A DNA stretch of 64,000 nucleotides from an uncultured cyanobacterium (GTDB lineage: Bacteria; Cyanobacteriota; Cyanobacteriia; Phormidesmidales; Phormidesmidaceae): contig CAWBZI010000006.1 in assembly GCA_963793265.1 (NCBI GenBank), positions 1 through 64,000 on the forward strand, in the 5' to 3' direction. A program made the position numbers and the translations under genes. Under the pieces are notes generated by a model. It was not told the origin of the DNA. It saw nothing but the letters and a program-made list of their open reading frames with translations, and did no database searches. This document shows, one piece after another, positions 32,260 to 44,427 of this stretch. How positions within the stretch are numbered: the first letter of the stretch is position 1; each line of letters opens with the position of its first letter.

Positions 32260-32474
32260 CAGAAAATTACCTCTTGGTTAACGTACCCTTAGTCTGCCAG
32301 CGGTCATTGTGAGCGCGCAATGAGTAGGGGATAGCGATCGCCAACGGCCACCAGCTACCATAACTGGCACAAATTCCAACCAACCCATTAGCGGATATGA
32401 GTACATGTAGGAACTACCCAGAACTAGGGTGAAGTAGGTTCTACAAAAGTCACGCCCACCGTCACTCAACACCC

Positions 32475-33521
32475 ATGGACACAGCACAGCTCAACGCCTG
32501 GTTCTCGCGCGAAAAGCAACAGCCGATTGTTAAGCAACTCTCGCAACAGGTCGGGCTCACCCATACCCGAGCCATTTACTTCGTCAAGCTGTGGGTGTAC
32601 TTGCTCGTAAAAGAACGGCTAGAAATAGATCCGAACAAATCGAACGATAAGCCTTTTGAACAGCTCACGCTTTTATCTGAGGCCATAAGCTGTAGCCACC
32701 GTGAGGCAGCAGATTTATTTTATGGCGACAAAGATACGGGGAGCGATCGCGCCGCAGGCATGATGCTCGAAAAACTTGCCGCCTTGGGCCTGATCCACAA
32801 ATACTTTGACGGCAACACCACCCGCATCGAAATCACCGTCAATCCCGAAAGCTTTCACTCACACAATTCCTTATCCACCGCCCAACCAGAACAAACTCAA
32901 AGTCTCATCCTCGACAGCTTCGATCCGAGATCCGACGCCGTACCCGTCGCCAATCTCCTCGCCATCAACTATAGCTGGATGAACAACAGCCTGGAAATTG
33001 TGCCCCATCGCATCACCCGCCTGCTCCGCCGCTGGGCCAGCCAATACGCCACCGGAATGCGTGTCCTGCGCCGCGCTGACAACCTCAATCCGGTCGGCTT
33101 CTACCTCATGTATCCCACCGCTGCCGAATCGGAACTTACCTTCTCAAGCTCGCCCACCAAAGGGCTCCACCTCGCCAGCATGAACGAAGTTGACCCCTTC
33201 ACACTGGCAATACCCGGCGATACAGAATGCACCGCTGTCTTCATCCGCAGTTGGATGATCGATCCGCGCTATATCGATCAATATCGCGCCCTGTTTTTAG
33301 TTGATGCCCAAGACACCCTGCGCAAAATGCAGCAAGATTTTCCTAACCTGTGCGACTTGCACACGCTGATTATTCATCCTAGCTACGAGGCCATGGCGAT
33401 CGCACTAGGCTTTCAAAAAATCGGCCTACAAACCAGTAGAGACACGCAGCTCTACTGGATGTATCAATCGCTAGATCGCTATTTGGCTCTAGATATCGAG
33501 AAGATCTTTGGGGCCGGTTGA
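32475..33521 (+). CDS. conserved hypothetical protein, possible winged-HTH plus GNAT-like domain
   Basis: SHREAADLF...GMMLEKLAALGLI..FDGNTTRI resembles a wHTH; C-terminal VGFY...IRSW...LGFQK. Confidence 0.6.
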   Translation: MDTAQLNAWFSREKQQPIVKQLSQQVGLTHTRAIYFVKLWVYLLVKERLEIDPNKSNDKPFEQLTLLSEAISCSHREAADLFYGDKDTGSDRAAGMMLEKLAALGLIHKYFDGNTTRIEITVNPESFHSHNSLSTAQPEQTQSLILDSFDPRSDAVPVANLLAINYSWMNNSLEIVPHRITRLLRRWASQYATGMRVLRRADNLNPVGFYLMYPTAAESELTFSSSPTKGLHLASMNEVDPFTLAIPGDTECTAVFIRSWMIDPRYIDQYRALFLVDAQDTLRKMQQDFPNLCDLHTLIIHPSYEAMAIALGFQKIGLQTSRDTQLYWMYQSLDRYLALDIEKIFGAG

Positions 33522-33528
33522 AGCGCTT

Positions 33529-35651
33529 CTAGATAATACCGAGGGGTTGGGGTGCGATCGCCTCAGCCAACAAACTCCTACCATTGGCAAAATCAATCGT
33601 GCCATCAGCATCATAGTCTCTAATCTCTCCAATTTGACTACCGCTAGAATCAAACGTGTAAGAGAACTTGCTATCAACAACATTATCTCCATCCCTATCG
33701 TAGTCGTAGGTAATGGTGAGATTACCCATGGCATCGTAGGTATAAAACTCACTTAAGACAACGAGCTGAGCCTCTGGCGTTGTTGGCGTTGGAGCAACAA
33801 CAGGAATGCCAATATAGATATTGGTTTGAAACACGCTCTCCACACCAGTATCAACGTTTCGGTTAGCCTCGGTTAGGCGGTTACCAAACTCGTCATAGGT
33901 ATACACCTGAGCAAAATCAACTATCCCATCCCCGGTAAAGTCTCGACTAAAGCTCGTTCGATTGCCATCAGCATCGTAGGTGTAATAGGTGATGGTATCT
34001 ATATCGCCAATCTCATCTCTATCAGAGGTTTCAACCAGCAAATTACCAGCATCGTCGTATTCAAACGTGTTGATCTCGTCGTCTATACCGTCCCCCTGAT
34101 AATCGCTAGTGTCTCTGAGTACATTGCCCGCTAAATCGTAAGACGTTGTGTATATCTGATCGGCAACACCACCAGTATCGTAGTCATTAATACGCCGAAC
34201 CGTGCGTCCTGTTTCATTGTAGTCATACAGCACTGTACGAACAGCAAGACCATTGTCTTGAATATCGATGTACTCTGCGCTCAGTCGCCCCTGGTCATCG
34301 TAAATGACATCTGTTGTTCCTCTAAAAATGATGTTTCCAGAAAAACCGCCGCCAAACTCAGTGCCGATCTCCGTCTCGATTTTGTAGGGACTGTAGCGAA
34401 TTGTTTGCTCTGCGATCGCGTCATCATTAAGATCCAAGCTTTCACTTACCAGACGGCCCTCAGCGTCGTATGAGTAAGCTGCCGTTGTAGCGCTTTCAAA
34501 CACCCCGTCAGCGTCAAAGTCTCGACGCCTGCTTGTTTGGTTGCCAAAAGCGTCAAAGCTATACGTCGTCAGCCCATCAGCAGTGCCATCAGCATCACTA
34601 TCTGTACTGCTACGAATCAAATTCCCATCAGCGTCATAGCTATTCGTTACAACAGAGTCGTCTATGCCATCTGCGTCATTATCAAAAGCTTCTCTAATCA
34701 GGTATAGGTCACGATGCGTTCGGGAAAACTGTCACCGTTAGTATCTCCGACCTCTTGGCGTAGCAAAGAAGGATTACCCAGAGAAGAAACCCCCTCTACT
34801 GTCAGCACAACCGTTGCCGCATCCGTCTGACCAACGCTGTTAACAACACTGTAGGTAAAGCTGTCGGTAGCGCGCTCATCTGTCTCTAGAGCCGAAAAAG
34901 CCTCTGTGGGATTGTAAACAAAATCGCCGTTAGGTCGAACCCGCAGCAGTGCCCCAGAAGCCAGTGTAATCTCGCGTCCCGGAGAATCAACTGCCTCTCC
35001 ATTCACCGACAAGAGCTGTAGAAAAATGTCTGCGGGATTTTGATCTACTCCGCTACCATTACCGGAAAACAGATTGCCCAACAACAAGACATCTGGCGCA
35101 GCAACAAAAGCGTCATCAACGCCATCGCCGTCAAAGTCTATAGTAGAGCGAGAAATATCGCCCCTTTCGTTGTATTGAGAAGTACTTTCAAACTTCAGCT
35201 CACCCGTCAAAATTGAGCGACGAGTTGTTGTTATTAGCCTGCCTGAGTCATCGTACGTAAAGCGCGTAGCCGTATCTGAAGATCTATTTTCAACGAGCAC
35301 TAAGTTGCCCGCGTCGTCATAGGCATAGTCGGTATTAGGATTGTCCTGGCTGCTGCCAAAGCGCCCGCTCTGGTTAAGCTGAACGCCTCTAGTATCAAAG
35401 ACGTAAGGCAGCTCAATATCGATAACACCATCACCATCGTTGTCAGCCGAGTAGGTAATCGTGAGGTTGCCCGCATCGTCATACTCATACACGGAGGTCA
35501 GTGAATAGTCAGCCTTGCCATCCAAGTCAGAATCAACGTACTTAGCAATTTGGTTGCCATCAGCATCAAGGATGAGCGTCGTAAAAGAGTCCTGAATGCC
35601 GTCACCGTTGCTATCGGTGAATACATTTTGAATGCGGGGCTGAGTATTCAT
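33529..35651 (-). pseudogene. YD-like repeat / DxDxDG calcium-binding surface protein with Ig-like (VCBS/tandem-95) domain, frameshifted at about 34700
   Basis: Repeats of YDxxGN..DxDGDG; DSFTYSV domain; after RIVTYT* the repeat resumes in another frame (LIREAFDNDADG) and joins ORF 33529-34620. Confidence 0.75.
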
Positions 35652-35859
35652 GGGAAGTACCGTAGTTTGGTATCAGTGACTACTTTGTACGGTACTGAGT
35701 TAAGGCGGTCTTTCTTTCGTTCACCGTGAGAATTCATCAAAGTTTATAGATACTTTGACATACACATGTCTTCACGTTTCATAGAAGGCTTGAAAAGCAA
35801 GTGTTTTGCCATCGACAGGGCACAACACTTGCTTCACACCTACATTAAATTCAATCTTA

Positions 35860-37461
35860 TTAAGAAGCCGTCGCCACCATCTCAGGCGCTTCCTCTCGCG
35901 TCGCAATCACCTCAGCAATCTGCGATTCAATCTCATCTTTTACAATCTGGCGATACTCCAAAAAGTGCTCAATCTGAGCGCACACCGTTAAATAGCTGCC
36001 GACGCCGCCTCGGTTATGCTTAAACATTTCAAACAGATATTTCCAAAAAGTAGAGCGCGTTTCTCTTTCTACGCCTTGCTTCCAGCAGACAATCGCCAGC
36101 GCTTTTACTAAATGCCAGTTAAACGGCTCCTTAGCAGACTTCGGCTTCGGTTCACGACTCTTGTCATTGTGGCAAGGCGCTTCGCCCAAAATGCGGTAGT
36201 GCCGGTAGCAGCGATCCAAATACTTTTGCGGATCGTACAAATTCCAAAAAGCGTCTACATACTCTTGGGCTACATCTTCTACCGGACGCGTCGGTACAAA
36301 GTTCATCAGCGTCGTTTGGTGAATATTCGCCGTTTCTTTGCCTGCAAGCAGCCGGTTCTCTTTTTCTAGCCGGTGCCACAAAGCTGTATCAGGTAAAGCC
36401 TGGAGCATACTAAAGAGCGCGGTGGGCACAGAGCATTTTTCAACGAATTGGACAATGCGATCGCCCGCCCCCTTCTTCTCCCCGTCAAAGCCAATAATAA
36501 AGCCCGCCATCACCCGAATGCCCGTACTGGCAATCTTATGAATCGACTCGCTGAGCGGATCGCGATTATTCTGAAACTTCTGCGTCAGCGCTAAGCTCTC
36601 CTCATCCGGCGTTTCTACCCCCAAGAAGACCGCCCCAAAATTACAGGCCGTCATCAAATCCATCATCTCCTGGTCTTGCGCCAAATCCACCGACGCCTCC
36701 GTGGAGAACGTAAACGGATAGCCCTTCTCCTTCATCCAGGGCACCAGCGCCTTTAGCATCAGCTTTACATTGCGCTTGTTGCCAATGAAATTGTCATCCA
36801 CCATAAAGATGCTGCGCCGCCAGCCCAAATCGTAAAGATACTGAAGCTCAGCGAGCATCTGCTCGGGCGATTTTGTACGCGGCTTACGCCCATACAGCAC
36901 AATAATGTCGCAAAACTCACACTGAAACGGACAGCCGCGCGAAAACTGCACCGCCATCTCCGAGTAAGCGTCTAGCTTTAGCAAATCAAACCGAGGCACC
37001 GGACTGGTCGAAACATCAGGCCGCTCTAGCGCCCGAAAAGTACCTTCCGTTTCACCCTTTTCAATAGCCTCCACCAGCATCGGCAGCGTAATCTCGCCCT
37101 CATCTAGCACCCGAAAATCAGCGCCTGCCTCAATCACCTCATGCGGCAGCGCCGTTGCGTAAGGCCCGCCGACAGCCACCGGAATATTGCGCCGTTTGGC
37201 TTCACGGATCTGCGCGAGCATATCAGGCTTCTGCACAATCATGCCTGAAAAAATAACCAGCTCAGCCCAGTCCCAGTCTGCTTCGGTCAGATCTTCTACG
37301 TTGCGATCAACCAGCCGCAGATCCCACTCATCTGGCAAAATGCCTGCTACTGTCACGAGTCCCAAAGGCGGCAAAATAGCCTTACGTCCGGCTAGCTCAA
37401 TCGCCTTGTCAAAAGACCAAAAGCTCTTAGGAAACAAAGGGTAAATCAGCAGAGCTTTCAT
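35860..37461 (-). CDS. B12-binding radical SAM protein (DUF4070 type)
   Basis: PPLGL, GGPY, SRGCPFQCEFC and VDDNF motifs. Confidence 0.92.
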   Translation of the reverse strand: MKALLIYPLFPKSFWSFDKAIELAGRKAILPPLGLVTVAGILPDEWDLRLVDRNVEDLTEADWDWAELVIFSGMIVQKPDMLAQIREAKRRNIPVAVGGPYATALPHEVIEAGADFRVLDEGEITLPMLVEAIEKGETEGTFRALERPDVSTSPVPRFDLLKLDAYSEMAVQFSRGCPFQCEFCDIIVLYGRKPRTKSPEQMLAELQYLYDLGWRRSIFMVDDNFIGNKRNVKLMLKALVPWMKEKGYPFTFSTEASVDLAQDQEMMDLMTACNFGAVFLGVETPDEESLALTQKFQNNRDPLSESIHKIASTGIRVMAGFIIGFDGEKKGAGDRIVQFVEKCSVPTALFSMLQALPDTALWHRLEKENRLLAGKETANIHQTTLMNFVPTRPVEDVAQEYVDAFWNLYDPQKYLDRCYRHYRILGEAPCHNDKSREPKPKSAKEPFNWHLVKALAIVCWKQGVERETRSTFWKYLFEMFKHNRGGVGSYLTVCAQIEHFLEYRQIVKDEIESQIAEVIATREEAPEMVATAS

Positions 37462-37688
37462 AAGAAATGCCTGGTGTATAGTGAAGTATTAAAAACATGT
37501 GCAAAAGAATTGTCCAAATCGCACAGGCTTTCATTACGTGAAAACCAAAAACGGCGCTATTAAACGGTAATATTAAATAACGTGTTTTAAGTGTTTAACT
37601 CATGACACACTAGCACGCTATAGATAGCGTGCGCGAGTTAGGACGGCACAATTTGGCTGAAGCATCGGCGTAAGACACACTCCAATGG

Positions 37689-38339
37689 CTACTGGCTGAC
37701 TACAACAAACGACTTCACAAAGAAAAGGAATTTCTCTGGAAGAATCCTGTTGTCTGGGAACAGTCGCTTAAGCTGCCCGCGTGTCAGAAGGCGAGTGGTT
37801 TCAAACTCCAAATCGAAGTTTTTCTTCTCACTAGGGTTGTTGATAGTGAACGGGTAGCGCAGCGATAGAAAACAAAGCTTTTTGTAGAGCGGGCGCGGGA
37901 GCCAGTGAATGAAGGCAACGCCTAGATGAGCGTCAACAGGGAACCAGCGGTTGGGTGTTTGGATGTAGATGTTTTTGCCGACGCGATCGCACTCCCGCGA
38001 GAACTGCGTCATTTCTTCCTTTTTACCCACATGCTCAATCACTGAGTTAGAGAAAACTAAATCAAAGCTGTCGTTTTCGTAGGGCAAGTTACAGCCATCT
38101 GCAATCTTCACCGTGTAGTTCTCTGATTCAGGCAGCAAATGCTCAGAAGGCGTATTCAAAATGACAAGCTGCTTAGGAGCCACATCATAAAACTCCTTGA
38201 GCAAATCCCACATAAAGGGCCTACCGCCCACGTCTAGAACCGAATAATTCTCTAAGTTAGGATAAATTCTCAACAGTTCCGCTAAGCGCTTACGTCGAAA
38301 GTAAGCCATTACTGGATAGGTAGCATCTCGCCAATTCAT
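37689..38339 (-). CDS. class I SAM-dependent methyltransferase
   Basis: VLDVGG, FDLVFSNSVIEHVG and QTPNRWFP motifs. Confidence 0.88.
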   Translation of the reverse strand: MNWRDATYPVMAYFRRKRLAELLRIYPNLENYSVLDVGGRPFMWDLLKEFYDVAPKQLVILNTPSEHLLPESENYTVKIADGCNLPYENDSFDLVFSNSVIEHVGKKEEMTQFSRECDRVGKNIYIQTPNRWFPVDAHLGVAFIHWLPRPLYKKLCFLSLRYPFTINNPSEKKNFDLEFETTRLLTRGQLKRLFPDNRILPEKFLFFVKSFVVVSQ

Positions 38340-38678
38340 AGTGTATTACTCATAAGAACGCCTGACCTATCAAACACAGAAGGACGCCTTTAAGACTAAG
38401 TTCCCTCCATGCCTCTCTTGTGCTTAATGTGCGCATAACACACGCTACAGAGCCGCTAGCCATCATCAGCAGACATGAACCCATATCTCCCGCAAGCTAG
38501 TGCCGATTTTCAGGCAATTATACTTAATTACGGTCGCAATTTAATATAGAGCTGACGAGTTTCAACGTAATAATACTGATAAATATTGCGCAAATCGATA
38601 AGGAAAGCATGAAGCCGGTAGCCTTCTTAGGGCTCTAATAACCTCAGCCGAAATTCAAAACCCTCATATGCCTATCTT

Positions 38679-38975
38679 CTAGCTCCAATCCTCACCCTTC
38701 TTAATCCATGTCGGCGTAAATATCGTTTCGCGAGCGTGCAGTTCTCGCGTTTTAGCAAACAGCTCGTCTTCGGTCATGCCCCAATTTTTAAGCGCTTTAT
38801 CTAAATCGCTTTGAATATCACGCGCGCCCTGGAAACCGTCATAGCGAATACGCAGGCGAGCCAGCTCTGCCATATTCAAAGTATCAGCGGTGCCCGCCAA
38901 AATGGTATCAAGCATCGCGCGATCCTTTCTGTACTGTGGGTGCAAATAGTCTTTATTGCTTTGAGTAGGTGCCAT
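38679..38975 (-). CDS. DUF3288-family protein
   Basis: HPQY..DR, ELARLRIRY.GF.GARDIQ and C-terminal EDWS. Confidence 0.85.
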   Translation of the reverse strand: MAPTQSNKDYLHPQYRKDRAMLDTILAGTADTLNMAELARLRIRYDGFQGARDIQSDLDKALKNWGMTEDELFAKTRELHARETIFTPTWIKKGEDWS

Positions 38976-39015
38976 AGAGTCTACCGAGTACCTGTTTTAG
39001 CGCGATCGCCTCTTA

Positions 39016-39855
39016 TTAACTACAAAGAATATCAGCATGATGCCGAATATGATCTTCCATAAAAGAAGCAATAAAGTAATAGCTATGATCGTACTTGTCT
39101 TGCATTCGCAGCGTCAGCGGTTGACCCGCCTGCTTACAAGCCGTTTTAAACACATCTGGCAATAGCTGATTCTGTTCTAAGAACTGATCCGCCGTGCCCT
39201 GGTCAATCAAAATTGAAGCACCATTACCACCCAAAGACTTGACAAGTTCTGTTGCATCATAAGCAGCCCATTGTTGCTTATCACCCCCTAAGTAGCCAGT
39301 AAACGCTTTTTGCCCCCACGCGCACTGAGAAGGCGCAGCAATCGGTGCAAAAGCAGAAATTGAAGCGTACTTATCAGGGTTTTTGAGCCCACAGACAAGC
39401 GCGCCATGACCGCCCATAGAGTGACCGAAGATGCCTGCGCGATCGCTCACCGCAAACTCTTTTTTAATCAAAGACGGCAGCTCATCAGTCACATAGTCAT
39501 ACATCCGGTAGTGCTTGGCCCAGGGCTGCTCAGTCGCATTTACATAAAAACTCGCCCCAGCCCCAAAATCCCAGTCCTCATCTTCTCCTGGCAAATTCAC
39601 CCTGCGCGGACTCGTATCAGGAGCCACCAGCATCAGCCCCCGCTCAGCCGCATAGCGCTGCGCCCCGGCCTTCTCAACAAAATTCTTCTCCGTACAGGTC
39701 AGTCCCGACAGATAGTACAGCACCGGTACCAGTCCGGCTTCAGCCTGCGGCGGCACATATACCGCGAAATTCATATCGCACTCACAGGACTGAGAACGGT
39801 GGCTATAAAACCTTGTTGTACCACCAAAACTTTGTACTCTTGATTCTTCTTGCAT
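39016..39855 (-). CDS. fghA: S-formylglutathione hydrolase
   Basis: LSGLTC, GHSMGGHGA and YDHSYYF motifs; follows frmA. Confidence 0.95.
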   Translation of the reverse strand: MQEESRVQSFGGTTRFYSHRSQSCECDMNFAVYVPPQAEAGLVPVLYYLSGLTCTEKNFVEKAGAQRYAAERGLMLVAPDTSPRRVNLPGEDEDWDFGAGASFYVNATEQPWAKHYRMYDYVTDELPSLIKKEFAVSDRAGIFGHSMGGHGALVCGLKNPDKYASISAFAPIAAPSQCAWGQKAFTGYLGGDKQQWAAYDATELVKSLGGNGASILIDQGTADQFLEQNQLLPDVFKTACKQAGQPLTLRMQDKYDHSYYFIASFMEDHIRHHADILCS

Positions 39856-39888
39856 ATAAAATAATGTTAGGAAAGGAAACTAGGAGAA

Positions 39889-41010
<1,122 letters not shown>

Positions 41011-41418
41011 TCAAAATATCAGCTCGATCATTATCAGTCAGAATCGCCTTCAGCGCAGTTTACCTGAGACATAAATCAAAAAACGCCCGTTGGTTGACCG
41101 TCAACTAGCGCTCTACCGTTATAAAAGCCAGCGTGAACAATTGCAGTGTGCCAATGACAGCTTTGGTTAGCCCCTACAAAATCAGGACGTTTTTACTTTT
41201 TCATTCTTTTTGAAGCTTAAGATAGCCTGCGAATCCCGCTGCTCATAGACTTTTCGCCCTCTCCGCAAAGTCACGGTATCGCCCGGTATAACATTTCAAG
41301 TAATCTTGATTTGGAGTGGTCGGTTGAAGGATTTGGCCTGACTTTTACGCATTAGGCGATCGCGCAGACTAGATTGAACCAAACCATTCAACTGCATTCC
41401 CAATGACCGGCCTGAGCT

Positions 41419-42948
41419 ATGACGATTCGTATGCCATTTTTCACACAGCAGCGCAAACAACAGACCCAGACATCAAGACAGTCCACCAAACAACAGATTT
41501 CTCGACTCTTCAAGCTTTCGCAAAAGGTGTCTTTGAGTCTGATCGGGGGTCTGGTCGTATTAGCGCAGGCTGATGCGGCCTTTGCAGGCGTCTGTCGCGC
41601 TGAGCTGCCGAGAAAAATTGATGCGATCGCCAACGGCTACACCCTAAACGGCTCAAAAGTCGGCATCCTCATCGAAGACGCCAACCCCGACACCCGCGTC
41701 CTCTATTCTCGTAAAGCCCAAGAAAAATTCGTCCCCGCCTCCAACGTCAAGCTCCTCACCACCGCTGCGGCCCTCCACAACCTCGGCCCCGACTTCACCA
41801 TTCGCACCTCCGTCTTCGGTCAGCTCAACCGCCCCGAACAAGATCTCTACGTCGTCGGCAGAGGCGACCCCACCTTCACCAGCTATCAAATCAACCTGCT
41901 CGCTGGCCAACTCAAGCAGCAGGGCATCCGCCGCGTAGGCAGCCTCACCGCCGTAGACAACTACTTCACCGGCCCCTTGGTCAATCCCTTCTGGGACGCC
42001 GAAGACTACCGCGCAGGCTATGGAGCCGCCGCCAACAGCCTTATTCTCAACCGCAACGAACTCGGCTTCACCCTCATCCCTGGCCGCGTTGGTCAGCCCT
42101 TGCGCGTCGTATGGGATCGCCCCGAATTCGTTCGCGGCTGGCGCATCGAAAACAACTCTCGCACCATCGGCAACGGCAGCGAATTTATCGACGCAGGCCA
42201 AAAGCCCGGACAAAAAGTCATGGACGTTCGCGGCGCACTCTACGCCGGTTCCGCTTCTGAAAACACCTCCATCGCTGTCCTAGATCCCGGCAGCTACTTT
42301 GCCGAACAGTTCCAACAAAGCCTCAACGCCTACGGTGTCACGACATCCCGCAGCCAGGCCAGCACCGCCAACCCACCCAGCGATCTGGTCGAAATCGCCG
42401 CCATCCAGTCGCCGCCCTTACGCGCCTTCATCGATCCCACCAACCTCTACAGCGTCAACATCTACGCCGAAGCCATGCTCAAATCCTTGGGCCGCAGCGT
42501 AGATCCCACCACTCAAAACACCTATGAAGCCGGTGCTAGTGCCGTATCCACAGTCCTCACCGACTTAGGCGTTCGCCCCAACAGCGTCGATGTCGTCGAT
42601 GGCTCCGGCCTCTCTCGCCGCAACCTTGCCACCCCCGAAGCCCTCGTAGACACGCTACAGGCCATGGCCAAAACCGAGAACGCCGCCATCTACCGCAACT
42701 CTCTGGCCGTCGCCGGACGCAGCGGCACCCTCCGCAACCGAATGCGCGGCACCTTAGCAGAAGGTCGCTTCCAGGGCAAAACCGGCACCCTCAGAGGCAC
42801 CTACACCCTCAGCGGCTACCTCAACCCCCCAAACCACCCGCCCTTAGCCCTGAGCATTCTCGTCAACGACACCAACGCCAGCGGCAGCGACGTGCGCAGC
42901 CTAATCGACCAAATCATCAGCCACACCGCCACCCTGGACGACTGCTAA
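41419..42948 (+). CDS. dacB: D-Ala-D-Ala carboxypeptidase/endopeptidase (PBP4, peptidase S13)
   Basis: PASNVK (SxxK), SVN (SxN), DGSGLSR and KTGT motifs. Confidence 0.92.
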   Translation: MTIRMPFFTQQRKQQTQTSRQSTKQQISRLFKLSQKVSLSLIGGLVVLAQADAAFAGVCRAELPRKIDAIANGYTLNGSKVGILIEDANPDTRVLYSRKAQEKFVPASNVKLLTTAAALHNLGPDFTIRTSVFGQLNRPEQDLYVVGRGDPTFTSYQINLLAGQLKQQGIRRVGSLTAVDNYFTGPLVNPFWDAEDYRAGYGAAANSLILNRNELGFTLIPGRVGQPLRVVWDRPEFVRGWRIENNSRTIGNGSEFIDAGQKPGQKVMDVRGALYAGSASENTSIAVLDPGSYFAEQFQQSLNAYGVTTSRSQASTANPPSDLVEIAAIQSPPLRAFIDPTNLYSVNIYAEAMLKSLGRSVDPTTQNTYEAGASAVSTVLTDLGVRPNSVDVVDGSGLSRRNLATPEALVDTLQAMAKTENAAIYRNSLAVAGRSGTLRNRMRGTLAEGRFQGKTGTLRGTYTLSGYLNPPNHPPLALSILVNDTNASGSDVRSLIDQIISHTATLDDC

Positions 42949-42970
42949 AGCCAGGAGACATACCAACAAC

Positions 42971-43009
42971 AAACCCCCATTACCTTTCTTGGAAATGGGG
43001 GTTTCTTTT
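42971..43009. terminator. terminator between convergent genes
   Basis: AAACCCCCATT...AATGGGGGTTT followed by a T-rich tail. Confidence 0.75.
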
Positions 43010-43040
43010 CAAATGATGAAAGTGAAAGCTGTCGCATTAT

Positions 43041-43499
43041 TTACGAAAGCTTAGTACCTTCTAGCTTCTCTTGCTCAGTAACAGCCTCGATAGAGTTGCC
43101 TTCAGCCTGCTTAAGACCAAACTTGTTGCCAACGCCTGCAATCTTGCCTTGGATATCGTTCTTGTTGAAGTAGCCAGTTAGGAACGTGCTAACAGCAGAC
43201 AGCACAACTGGGCCAAGAATAAAGCCTAGCAAGCCTTTGACAGCAAATCCAGGCACCAGCACGGAAGCAAGCCAGAAGCAGAAGCCGTTCACGACTAGGG
43301 CAAACGCGCCCAAAGTAAGGAAGGTCACTGGCAGCGACAGCACTTTGAGCACAGGCTTAACAGAACCGTTAACCAAACCCAGCGACACTGCCGCAGCTAG
43401 CGCAGCCGGAAAGGTGTTGATGGCAACACCCGGTACAATTAGATCAACAACTAGAATGCTCAGGGCAGTCACTAGCGTGGTTACGAAAAATCCCAACAT
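43041..43499 (-). CDS. YvlD/'phage holin family' 4-TM protein
   Basis: LGLVNGSVKPVLKVLSLPVTFLTLGAFALVVNG. Confidence 0.85.
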   Translation of the reverse strand: MLGFFVTTLVTALSILVVDLIVPGVAINTFPAALAAAVSLGLVNGSVKPVLKVLSLPVTFLTLGAFALVVNGFCFWLASVLVPGFAVKGLLGFILGPVVLSAVSTFLTGYFNKNDIQGKIAGVGNKFGLKQAEGNSIEAVTEQEKLEGTKLS

Positions 43500-43579
43500 A
43501 TTTTTTGTCTCTTCTTTTTAGGGGTGAATAATTGAAAACTAACTTTCTTGAAAACCTGTCGTTAGGTAGGACTAACTTC

Positions 43580-43768
43580 TTAAGAGTCGGGCAGTTGCGC
43601 AGTTTCGTAATGTTTAGCGATCGCCCACACCGCATGAATACTACCGGGCAGTACACCTAAAAAGGTCAGGGCCAAATTGATAAAAAATGCCGGGCTAATG
43701 CCATAAGTGAGAAAAACACCCACGGGCGGCAACACAATTCCGAGTGCGTATTTGATAAGTTTGTTCAT
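43580..43768 (-). CDS. YqaE/Pmp3-family small membrane protein
   Basis: LPPVGVF...INLALT.LG.LPGSIHA; AAGGAG RBS. Confidence 0.88.
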   Translation of the reverse strand: MNKLIKYALGIVLPPVGVFLTYGISPAFFINLALTFLGVLPGSIHAVWAIAKHYETAQLPDS

Positions 43769-43919
43769 GTAAGGTCATCTCCTTTTCTTTACGCTTTAAG
43801 CTTATGAGTATGGTTCAAAGCAGGAGGTGTTGAAAACCCTCTAAAGTATCATGAAAAATACTCTGAGGGCGGATTTTACGACCCATTTTATGACAAAAGG
43901 TTCGGTTGAAGCTATATCG

Positions 43920-44168
43920 CTATGTCGAATGGCTAGTAGTCACGCGCTTAGTCAATATCGCCATCACTTCACCGTCTCGTCCGGTACTCATCGGCACGCT
44001 CCAATCGTTGGGCTCTGCGTAGCCATGCTTGTGAATATCCTTAATAGCGGCCTGCACAGCGCTAGGGCTACCAAACATCATCAGGCGCACGGGTTCTGTG
44101 TGAGTGACTGGTTTGTTATCACCAGGATTTGTGGGCGCAAATGCGCCTTGTGGCAAAAGGGTAAACAT
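43920..44168 (-). CDS. small soluble hypothetical protein with structured leader
   Basis: 82 aa, PVRLMMFGSPSAV..AI..IH..GYAEPNDWS.P....GEVMAILTK; AGGA RBS. Confidence 0.7.
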   Translation of the reverse strand: MFTLLPQGAFAPTNPGDNKPVTHTEPVRLMMFGSPSAVQAAIKDIHKHGYAEPNDWSVPMSTGRDGEVMAILTKRVTTSHST

Positions 44169-44385
44169 AGCGATCTGGGTTCCTGTGTGTTTATCTTTTA
44201 ATCGCCCTTTTATAGGCGTTCAAGGAAACCCAGAACTCGCGATATCTTAGCCGTCCCAGCAAGAATGCAAAATTGACGGCTAAAGGGTACGCTACCCTTA
44301 GGCGACCGAGATTGCTTGATAATCTTGGGAGTTTAGCTATCGGCGGGTGGTTCCAAGCACCTACCGATAGCGCTAAGTCATTTTG
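44169..44385. ncRNA. structured 5' leader plus candidate cis-antisense sRNA (+ strand, about 44300-44385)
   Basis: Five consecutive inverted repeats; the one nearest the gene pairs with the RBS. Confidence 0.5.
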
Positions 44386-44427
44386 AGTCCTGAGAAGGCA
44401 GCAACAGAAGTTGTGTCCTTAGAAAAG

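Noticed and set aside
43041..43499. Prophage suggested by 'holin family' gene
   Set aside because: YvlD-like proteins are common chromosomal membrane proteins, and no phage genes are nearby.
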